Shown piece by piece: positions 42,601 through 54,100 of a stretch of 64,000 nt of DNA. This stretch comes from Antedon mediterranea (lineage: Eukaryota > Animalia > Echinodermata). The translations under genes were made by a program, and so were the position numbers. The notes under the pieces were generated by a model. The model made no database searches, was not told the origin of the DNA, and saw nothing but the letters and a program-made list of their open reading frames with translations. The stretch's first letter is position 1, and each line of letters opens with the position of its first letter. The stretch is taken from assembly GCF_964355755.1 (NCBI RefSeq), contig NC_092671.1:6696001-6760000 (forward strand), given 5' to 3'.

Positions 42601-44754
42601 TGCGTTATCCTTAATCACACAGTAACGTGTTTGCCATGTTTTTCCAATCAGGTTTTTGCTTTTCTTTTCCAGGTTGCCAGAAAATGTTGGATTTATCAAC
42701 TTCTCCGCAGCAATCTGTCCAATCTTTGTTCCTGATCCTCCATATCCATAAGGATCATCAGCCTCTTCCAGCTTTCCTTCTTGGCTTTTTTTACTGACGT
42801 TGTCATCGGTTGCTGCTACTGGTTCAGTGATTTCGTAAAGTTCATCGCAATCGTCAGGAATTGGTTCTATTTTTTGTATATCAACATCGTCATACATTTC
42901 TAAAAGATTTAAAGAGAACGGGTAAAACATAGAATATGAACATTTAAATTACCCACACAGTCTTATAAAACCACCTTTCTCTTTTACGATAAGGTTTTCT
43001 TTAAAATGGAAGTTGCATAAACTAGGCCAGTAAATTAAGTTTAGATACCATTTTCTAGTAATTTTCTTTGACACCAGGCCTCCAAAGATTCCAATAATCA
43101 TAGGATTTCCAAATATTTTCCCCAATAAAAGCATCCAGATATTGTATAAAGTTATTATTTAGGCACTATTAGACCATTTCCTATTCACATTTTCCGCCTT
43201 TGTCATAACTGGAAAGCGCTTACTTACTAAATAGCTGCCAAAGTTCAAGACTTTTAATAGAATGCTCCATAGTTTGAAGTTTAAAAAATCTATATTGTGC
43301 CTCACTTTTGTGTGACTGTGAGGTTTGTTATGCAACTTGATGTCATACCTTGTACTTCCTCTCCTTCAAGTTTCTGGATTACATTCTGTACTGAATTGAC
43401 CAACTGAGATTTCTTTGAAACGTTATCTTTATTCAAAGAAGAATTTTTTATGGTTTGTGTCAAGAAATTTTCAACATCTGAAAAGAAAAGAGAATGTTGT
43501 GTTATCGAGAGCCAAATATAATGTGTTCCGAAAAGGTGGAGGGGATGAATTTTTTTTAAATGGGAGGATGGGGGGTGGGGGGAAAAGAGGGGAGGGGGTG
43601 AATAGAGGGGAGGAGTTGAATAAAGGGGAGGGGATGAATAAAAATGGAGGGGTATGAATAGAGGTAAGGAGTTGAATAAAGAGTAAGGGTTGAATAAAGG
43701 GGTATAGGGATGCATAAAGTGGAAGGGAATGAATAAAAAGGAAAGGGGCTGAATAAAGAGGAAGGGTTGAATAAAGGGGGAGGAGTTGAATAAAGGGGAA
43801 GGGGTTAATCAGAGGGGGAGGAGTTGAATAAAGGGGAAGGGGCTGGATAGAGGGGAGGAGTTGAATAAAGGGGAGGGGTTGAATAGAGGGAGGAGTTGAA
43901 TATAGGGGGAAGGTTGAATAGAGGGAGGAGTTGAATATAGGGGGAAGATCATGAATAGAAGGAGGAGTTGAATATAGGGGGAAGGTTGAATAGAGGGAGG
44001 AGTTGAATATAGGGGGAAGATCATGAATAGAGGGAGGAGTTGAATATAGGGGGAAGGTTGAATAGAGGGAGGAGTTGAATATAGGGGGAAGATCATGAAT
44101 AGAGGGAGGAGTTGAATATAGGGGGAAGGTTGAATAGAGGGAGGAGTTGAATATAGGGGGAAGGTTGAATAGAGGGAGGAGTTGAATATAGGGGGAAGGT
44201 TGAATAGAGGGGGAAGGTTGAATAGAGGGGGAGAGATATTCCATAGTTTATAAATACATTTTCATCTCAACAATGCAAACATAATACAAAGGATTGTTCA
44301 ATTCCAGAGTTTCATTTTAATTAGCGATAGAAGGATACAACCATCACCATTCATTTAATTATAAATGGAGTTGTGTCATTTATTGTTTTCTATCAGCACA
44401 CAGTTGGTTGACCATGCATCTGATGTATAGTTTTCTAATGGTATACTCGACATCAACAAAACTAATGGCGCACTGGTGGAATCAAATATGCCGATAGGAA
44501 ACAATTCCTTAAAAAATATGTAAAATTAATAAAAATATGTAATATATACACTACTACCTAGACTAATATAGTAGACTAGTCACTCTAGACTAGGCTATGT
44601 CAAAGAATAATATATTCTTGTTTGGATGAAAATTAAAAAATAATTATCATTAATTATCAATAATTGATATTTAATAATATTAATAATATCTAGGCTAGGC
44701 CTTTTAAGTACCTTTAAGAAGATTCTTGATTTCTTCTACCAAAGCAGTATCCAT
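39624..44754 (-). CDS. SKAP2: Src kinase-associated phosphoprotein (SKAP1/2 orthologue): dimerisation domain, PH and SH3; about 478 aa
   Basis: Exons 44712-44754, 43349-43477, 42451-42899, 41912-41996, 41273-41326, 40928-40954, 39624-40273. EEIKNLLKDVENF, a PH domain, and SH3 DYRNIYMTKWDC..DELSLKRGD..ILSREYDSYGWWIGE..GLVP. Confidence 0.92.
40383..40522. mobile_element. Harbinger-like MITE family A, complete copy
   Basis: TIRs AGCTTTGTCTACACTATCAAACT / AGTTTGATAGTGTAGACAGAGCT. Confidence 0.85.
43560..44237. repeat. Purine-rich minisatellite (17-18 bp subunits, 35-37 bp higher order) in SKAP intron 1
   Basis: Repeats of GAATAGAGGGAGGAGTT and GAATATAGGGGGAAGGTT. Confidence 0.9.
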
Positions 44755-45360
44755 TATTTTAGGTTTTATGTGCAATATTTGACGACTATCTAGCTAGGCC
44801 TTATATTAGGGAAGAGTCTCTATTTGCCTACATCCGACCTTAAATGAATGAGCCCGTGTTTTGATATTATTTACATTACATCCTTGTATTTTTTTTTCAT
44901 TACGTTTCCTGGTTCATGACCTTTGACATTAACTTTATAAACAATCAACAAGATCATCGCCGATATTATATAAAATAATTTGTTTTTATAAATTATTACT
45001 ACATTGCTCTAAGTCCTTTTAGGCCTATAATAAAAAATAAAAAAAGGTTAAACTAACTAGCCTAGCTAGGCTCAAATAGGCCTATACGTCTAGCTAGGAA
45101 GAAGTACATTCTAGCTAGCCTAGCCTAGGCCTATTAATGCCTAGCTAGACTACATACAGTATAGGAGGCTAGCTGAGTAGAGAATCACTATCACGCTAGT
45201 AAGTAGAAGTAGGCCTAGCCTAGGTAGTAATTGCTAAAACTAACCTGCCTAGTCTAGTTCATGCTCTGTAAATGTATAGGTTGCCTTTAATAAAGAAAAG
45301 TTATATTCATTTATTTTTTTGGATTAATTATATATTATTAATTTAGTTTTGTTGTAGGTT

Positions 45361-47095
45361 ATGGATGAAATGTCATCGAACGAAAGGAAAAGAAAGTATG
45401 AAATAAATGAAAGACAGTCAACAAAAAATGCTGAAGAGAATGAAAATGCAAGCCTCATAACACTTTCTACATACTTTCAATCTGGAGACTCAAACTCACA
45501 TAAAGTAAAAGCAACCGAGAAATGTATTTCAGAGGAATTTCTAGACATTATGAATACTTTGTGCGAAAAACTATCTTTGTTAGAGTTCATCGATCCAGTT
45601 CAGTATATTTATAACCCACTGGAGTATGCAAAAGAAACACACGAATGCTATGTGAAAAAATATTGCAATTCTGAAAAGAAGGTACTTTTTTTAGGCATGA
45701 ATCCAGGGCCATTTGGAATGGCACAAAATGGGGTAAGAATATCAACAAAACAATAGTCGATGTTTCATATTAGATTAATTCATATACAATAATTGATTAC
45801 CTGACTTGATGCTAGTGATAAATGTGAACAAAATGTGTGATATTTATTTATTTAAAGATGTATTGTCCCCTAAAAACATGAAATGACTTTGAATAGGTTA
45901 TTTTGTTGTTTAAAAAATTGAATCACTTCCGTAGAAAAAAAACCGGAAAAAAATAATGTTTTCACAAAATAACATGATAAATGGTTAAATTCAAACAAAA
46001 ATTAATTGGCTGGCAGCCAATTTGACCATTTTTTGCTTTAAATTCCAGTTTTTTAAAGTAAATAAACTTTTTTTCGATACAATTTTTGGTTGAAGTCAAT
46101 AACTAATTATGTGACATTAAAATGGCATATTCAAAAATGTCTTTAAAGATGTATTGTCCCTGAAAAAAAAATATTTTAAATGTTTGTTGTTGAATGTGCC
46201 ATTTTACTTTAATTATTTACCTGGAAAAACTGTAATTTAAAGCAAAAAATAGTCAAATTGGCTGCCAGTGAGTTTTTGGTTGAATTTGTTTTGTCATTTT
46301 ATATGAGAAACTTTTTTTTTTATTTTAGTTTTACAGGAGGGATTAACTTTATTAAAACTGCAAAATAACCTATTCAAAGTCTGATTTAATTAATCTTCAT
46401 TTTTCATGTTTTCTTTTACTAAATATTTTGGTCCTCTTGGTAAACTTTGAAGTTTTTTTTCACATAAGCTCCCGTGTCGCTCTTTCCTTTTTTGTGTGTA
46501 AAGCTTAACATTTGTATTAAGTGCTATGACAACAATAATTACTGTATTATTTTTTCAGGTACCATTTGGTGAAACTAATTTTGTGAAAGACTGGCTTGGA
46601 ATTGTAGGTAATGTTGGCAAGCCATCGGTGGAACATCCGAGTAGAAAAATCGTAGGTTTGAACTGCACCCGTAGCGAAGTAAGTGGTTCACGATTCTGGA
46701 ATCTATGGAAAAACATGTGTGGAACACCGGAAGTTTTTTTCAAACATTCGTTCGTGTACAATGTCTGTCCGCTTGTATTTATGAACTCCACAGGTAAAAA
46801 TTTAACGCCTCCTACAATACTCGTTAAATATCGTAAACCTCTTTTGCAAGTATGCGATGAGGCACTATGTGAAATAATCAAGCTTTTGGGTATTAAGGTA
46901 GTTGTTGGAGTTGGAAAATTTGCTGAAAAACAGACAAAAAATGCTCTACAAACTGCAGGAATTGAAGGTGTGGAGGTTGTTAGTATTCTGCATCCTAGTC
47001 CTGCTAATCCAGCCACACATAAAGGTTGGGAAGGTATCGTTACAAAACAACTTGAAGAACTAGATTTAATTAAATATTTGAAACCTCAACAATAA
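45361..47095 (+). CDS. SMUG1: Single-strand selective monofunctional uracil-DNA glycosylase, about 302 aa
   Basis: Exons 45361-45732 and 46559-47095. Motifs YIYNPLEYA, LGMNPGPFGMAQNGVPFG, RSEVSG.RFW and HPSPANP. Confidence 0.97.
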
Positions 47096-48119
47096 CAACA
47101 ATTTTGATTTTATACAGTGTGACCATAAATAAAATGTTTTACCCTTTGTAAATTATTAAATTTTACCTGATTTTATAAAAATTGATGTACTGTACAGTCG
47201 TACTGTGAGTTAGATAATGTTTAGAAATCATATAGGCCTATATTTTTTTAATCATTTTACATGAATGGACAACCAGGGTATGTATGTATAAGAAATGTTC
47301 ATCTCATACTTTACTATTTAACATCATTTGTGAATCTATTATTCTGCAAACTGCTTTCAGCCATACAGTATGTATCTATAGGAGTTCTCGGGTTAACAAG
47401 TGGGGAGGGGGGAATTCACCCTTGAGAGATAGATCTATCACATAAAATAATGACAATTGTTTATTTATACAAAATTAAGTATTCTTTATTGCACAAAATA
47501 AATTTCAACCGATGGTATTAAATTATTTCTTCTAATTCATATTTAAAAAATAGAACTTATTAGATTATGAATGATTTGCAAATAATTATATCAACGAAAG
47601 AAGCCATCATCTTGCTATAGTAATAGGTAGCACGCCCGTGGCTAGGGTGTTAAAAATGTTCATTTTTCCACAAAAGGAACAAAAACCGTCATTAGCAAGG
47701 CTAGGCTATCACTAGCAATGCAATAATCATTGTGGCAACCAAAACATAGACAAGCAAACAAGTTAGACCGTTTCCAAATACCAACAAATTATTACACATG
47801 AGTGACTCCGCAACCAGTTTGGACAAAAACCTACATTTTGTCGGAATGTCGAGAAGGCTGAACATTGGAGACTTATATCATACAATTTATGTATCAAATA
47901 CAAATAAATAGTACTATGGATATATAGTATTATACAAATAATGAATGTTTATGACCGTTCAATAGTGCGTAATATTGCACGTACTCTTGTCTGATCAAAT
48001 GACAGAAATTTATTTAGGTAATACATTAATAAAATAATGAATAAATACCACTAGGAACCTACCAAAAATATATAATACCGGAAATTGGCTTCACAGCAAG
48101 ACCACTTCAAGGACGTTTG

Positions 48120-51100
48120 TTATAAAATTCTGAACTCCCCATATTCTTGTTGTATTTCTTCGTCCGTTTTCTCTTCCATGTGAAACTTTCTCCACCAAGG
48201 TTGTTGTAATGATTGTATAATAATATCATGGTCAGCTTTTGCTTTGGCCGCGACTGGTCTAGACTGACTTTGAAATTGATGTATGTTGCGTTCATTCGCA
48301 TCCTGTAATTTTGGAGCATCTAAAAAACACCAAAACAATGGTGGAAATAAAACGTTTAAAACTCTGTCTACACTATCTATCAAACTTTATGTGACAAAAA
48401 AGTGTGATGTGCCCAAATATGGTAGTGATCATCATGTCCATATATGGGCACATCACATTTTTCTCTTTACATGGGTTATCCTTTATTTTATTTTAAATTA
48501 TTTAGTGAATTTGCTGTATTTTCTTTGTAGTTTTAATGTCTTAATTATGCCAAGCAAAATGAATTTACATTTTAAGTGGACCAATAAAATCTCTTGAATC
48601 TTTTGAAATGTCTTTGTATTTATATCAACATGTTAATTAATTTTAAATGATGCTCCTATAATATATAAAAAAATGTGTTTGGTCTTGTTTAAATCCATTT
48701 CGTATTATGTCATTTATGTTTATAGATATTGTAACCTACTTATAATAAGATCTGCATCTGTTTCCAATGCTGCTAATAACGCACGTCTTCTTTGCTCTTT
48801 CTTGCGATCAACACCACGCAACATCAAATGTTTCGATAGAAGATCGTGTGAACGCGAGTGTAGCTCCTCCATCTTCTCACGGCTACGTTGTTTAGGCTGG
48901 AAAAAAAACCGAAATTAAAATGTGTAAATGCTGACAAGTTTCTGAAGCAAAACGTGGCATATTTTGTTTATGAAAGCGCTCATCTTAACAACTACACTGT
49001 GTTCTAATATGATGCATTAACACGTTCACTGCCACGACGTATTTATACGTCAAAAATTGCGTGTCGCTACTTGCCAAGACGTAATACTACGTCAAAATCG
49101 TAGCACTTTTGTATTGTATGTAGAATCGCTGGCAGTGGTGATTGGAACAGGAATTATCGCATGGCAGTTTATGAATGATGTACGTAAACGATAATCTAAA
49201 AATAAATGTCATATGTTTGTTTGTGTTTATTCCCTCATGCATTGAATATGGTTGATACGATGGCGCCCTCACACTCAATATAATCATCTCAAACATGTCA
49301 TAAATTGCGCTAATAGTAAATAAAAATAATAAAGGATGAAATGATTCAGTGTGGTTTACTGTTTTTATCTCTCGGTGATAGGTTTGACCGATTTTAGCGC
49401 GGAAAATCCCCGACGTATATTTACGTTCCTGGCAAAGTCAATAAAATTGTTGGACCATTGCCAGTGACGTATTTATACGTCTCAACGGTTTTTCCCGCCA
49501 TCGTATTTTGAATGACATCATGATAGTCTGTGACCAGATGTTACACTTTCAAACTGTAATTTAATATGTAAACGGGACTTGGCACTGGGACAGAAATTAC
49601 GGAAAATGCCTTGGCAGTCAATGTGTTAAAGATCTTTAGCAAAGACAATTTGAACAAAAAGCCCTCATGTCAATAAACCGTAATATAAAGTACCTCAGTT
49701 TAACTTATGTTAAATGTAAATGTTAAAAAATAAATGTGTTTTAATTTTCCCATTAAAATTGATCATACTTTTAAGCACTTTATTTTCTACAGTATTTATA
49801 TATTTTATTCATACAACTTTTGTAGTTAACAAACAACTGTTATGTCATGTGTTTATAATTTTCAATAAATAAATAAACAAAAATTGTATGAATAAAATAA
49901 CAAACTAAGAAAATGTTAAAAGTAAAAAAAAAAATTAGCTTACAGGGTGATTTTCTCTATATTTGTCAATAACAGCCTGTAACTCCACTCTTCTTTCATC
50001 TGATAGGCCAGGTGGCAAAGTGTATAGTGTAATATCCATTCGATCTTGTTCACGCTGTTTCAACCATCGCCTCACCTAACCCAGAAAACAAAACTAAATC
50101 AGTCAACACACACAACAGAATACCACAAAACAAAGCATAATCATAAAATATGTCATATACAAGAAAAGTGTCTAAAGCTATGTCTACCTAAACTAGTTTT
50201 TTGCTAAAAAAAAGTGATGTGCCCGAAAATGGTAGTGATATGTTTAAATATGGTAGTGATATTACATCATCATGTCCATATATGGGCATATCACATTTTT
50301 TGTCACATAAAGTTTGATAGACAACGCATTACAGATGACAAGACGTTTAGAAATAAAAACATCCAGTCCATTTATCTGAAATAGGGGGTGACCCCGGTGA
50401 ACTGGTTCCCAAAATAGCCCTGTATTTTATGTGCCTAAAGACAAAAAATAAACAATTTAAAGTAAAATAGCTCTGTTCAATGTACCCCTTTGTCTAGGAA
50501 ACCAATAAACATTGATCAATACATAACATCCAATAATAAATCTTAATTCTGGTAAATAGGCACCCTTTATTTGTTGCGTTAAGCAGGAAGGGGGATATCA
50601 CCACCCGAAAGGGGACAAATTGCCATCCAACTTTTCTAGACCAGAATTTTCCGTAGATTACGAATATGGAAGGTAATCGATCAGGAAAGGAAGCGTTTTC
50701 GAGATATAAGGGGTCAAAGTTCAAAATTGACCAATATAAAAACATGCTATATCTCTGGAAATTCTGGACGTAGTGAGATAATTTTGGTGTCAAATTGTTC
50801 ACAATGTATATATGTTTATATTAGCTCTAACAGAACTTTCTTTGAAAAATTGACCGGAAACCCCATTGTTAGCAATTTTGACCTTTGACCTTTTTTTGCT
50901 ATATCTAAGTAACGGCAGGTCGGAGAGAATTAAAAATAGGAGCAAATTGTTCCCAAGATATACATTTATATTCAGTATAACAGATGATATTGCTTGAAAA
51001 TGACCGGAAGTGTGGTTATTAACCTTTGACATAATTGAATTGAATAAGGTTATAAAAACATAAATTAATAAATATTTGTCGTAAGGAGCCAATTTTGGTG

Positions 51101-54100
51101 TTAAATTGTTCACAATATATATATTTATACTTGCCATAATGCAACATTTTTTTCAAAAAGTGACTGAAACACCTATTTTTCTGTAATTTTAACCTTTGAC
51201 CTGTTTTTCTCATCTAAATAACGATATGGCATAGAGATTTCTAACGGCAAATTGTTTATAATAGATATTTTTATTCAATCTAATAGATTATACTGTTTGA
51301 AAAATACAAGTATGATTATTGCCTTGAAATCCTGTACATAAGAGCCTATCAGGGCGGATTTAATTCCAAGAGGTGTGGAAGGGGAATAATACTATTACTA
51401 TACAGTACAATGTCTTTCTTTTGAGCAATTTCAATCAGGTATCCATGTATCTCCAATAAACGGAATGTACGGCTCATAGAGAATTCAGAAGTTACCCTTA
51501 GTTCATTTTGGCAAATCCATATGGGTTCCAGGCCCGTAGCCAGGGGGGGTTTTTATGGTTCGGGCGAACCCCCCCTTTACAGCGAACCCCCCCTTTACAG
51601 CGAACCCCCCTTAACCAACTGCGAACCCCCATCCCCGACATACCCAATACCTCACCCTCATCTCCAAAAATCCTCCAAATACGTGCCCCACAGTACAAAA
51701 AGTTGTTTGTAAATTGAAAAATTCGTAAACTTGTTCTTGAACCTTCTTCTCTGTATGAGCGTCAACTAGTGATACGTGTCTGTAAATTTCTAAAAGCTGC
51801 AAATGAATTGCCGATTTTAACCTGAAAAATAAATGTTTGGTCCCTGCATGTAACATGATATTGACGCGTCTCATAGCGAGCTGGCGCACGAACGATTCGT
51901 ACAAAGGACACCGCCAGTCAACTGCGTACCTATAATTGTTTAGATCACTGGCAGTCAGACAGCATGCATAAAGTATATAGCCTTCCGACGTACATCAGTA
52001 TTTATGTGTGACTATGAAGTATAATGTATCATTGAGGATTACTAGATGGTACGCTCGCTTCGCTCGCGTACCATCTAGGTCGTGCCCACAGATGGTTCTC
52101 GAATACACAGTAATTTCAGCGTAACAAAACTGGCGATTTCAAATGTACGTTCCGCAGGACTATAATACTATAATTGTCGTTTACAGAAACGAATAAATAG
52201 ACACGATGATGTATGTAGTCAACTAAAATTAGCACCCTGGAAATTACTTCCGAAGGAGAAACTTATCACAAAATGAGTCCAAATTTTTGATTTGGACTCA
52301 TTTAAAGAAACCCAATTTGTGTTTTGTATGTAACATTAGGATTGAGGGATGGGAAAGCGGATAGTGTACAAAAAGCAACAATTTTTAAATATATTCTTTA
52401 TCCACTCAGTAACGAAATATTGTTTTCATGTTTTATACGCCTATAAATAATATACCTCTAAATACAGTAAAACATTTGCAATTTAATACTTTGTTAAAAC
52501 TGTCACTGTCATAATCGATTGAAATATTAAAGTACATGTCACGATACACCACTACGACGTTTATATTGTTGGTAATTATTAATTAATAATTAATACAAAC
52601 GTTGAGAAGGAACTGTCAGTATAAAGTTTATGTGTATATAATAATGTGTTTATATATCTAACAGTAGAGCCTATCCACAATCTCAGTAATAACGTTTATT
52701 TGTATATATTTTTATATATTACATCCAACAGTACGAACATTCACAGTAAGAAATGTTCGATTCAAATGAGGATAAAAAATAGTTAATAGGTATTTGCAGT
52801 ATTGCTAAAGTTTATTCTCAAAGGGCCCATATATTTACCTACCGTATGTGTTAAACCAAGGGCTCATAAATCTACCCACTTGTGTTAAACCAAACTCTGG
52901 CAGACTGAGAAATTGGGATGTTCCATTCATCACAAATCAATACATTTGTATAATCGTATATTAAATCTATCAAAATAGTATTTTTTTAAGAAAATCGGCC
53001 TGTCTTCAACATTATGATGCTGTACGCTAGCTGTTCAACCAGTTTTCAGCTATTAAAAACAATTATCGTAGGAGGAGATAGGAAAATGCGAAGCCTCCTC
53101 GCATTTTTGTGGCGGGTATTTTTGCAAGACGGACATCCATTAGACAGTGTATACCACGATCGGAAAACACCCCTATTTGGGGCAAATCGTTGAACCTAAA
53201 TTCGTTTTAATCGTCAATAACTAATTATCTAACTCAATTTAATTAGTAAACATGGTTACATCAGGTGGTTAAAATCAGTACCAAAAGTACGAACCAACTT
53301 TATATACCATCGAGTAAAAATTCTAGAAGTAAGGCGCGATTTACCGAATTTTTCCCTTACGTAGATTTATATATAGATTACACTATAATATCTATGGTAT
53401 CAAGTAATGACGTAGTTCACATTATGGCATCCGATTATTTTTTTCTAGACCACCAGCCGATACGTACTAAAATGTATCAATATCACCTATTTACATATTT
53501 ATATTCCTCAACAAATTGCTGTAAATAAATATTATAGATAGAGCTAGCAAATAGCATTTGCCTTCACCCAGTGTGCTTTTTTCGGGGCTGCTCCTAGATA
53601 TACGTTCGCATTGAACTTGAACGCAAAACAAAATACGGAGTAAATGATCAAACAATCGGCGGTTCCGCACAGAGCACGCGCATCTAACATACGGCAACAA
53701 ATAGTTATCGTCATTTAAATTATCGACGTGTTTGAGGAGGAGGAAAAAAGTATGATATTTTTGCTCATTGGTTATATAGCATGCTGCACGAGAGTGTCTT
53801 TTCCGGCCATCTAGGGGTGTCATTTAACAAAATTCGCTTCGCATCAGGCTGGGTAAGGGGGGGGGGGGGGGGTTGACCCAAATATTTAGTGTCCGAACCC
53901 CCCCTTGACAGATCCTGGCTACGGCCCTGGGTTCCTTTTAAAAGGATTGAGGGTGCACAGACAGGCTTTTCCCATGGCTTAATATTGGAACCTACAGTTT
54001 TAGTTACCCGATATATTTCTAACACAGTAACTTATGTAGCCAAATGCATTGATCCGATACAGGAGCCAAATGTAGAACTGAACATACAGTAGAGAACCAC

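Noticed and set aside
43471-44244. 257-aa and 95-aa repetitive ORFs
   Set aside because: Translation artefacts of the purine-rich minisatellite inside SKAP intron 1.
46555-47016. 153-aa antisense ORF
   Set aside because: Shadow of SMUG1 exon 2.
50494-54092. Short ORFs inside the nested element as transposase or Rep/helicase remnants
   Set aside because: No recognisable DDE, HUH or helicase motifs in the translations.
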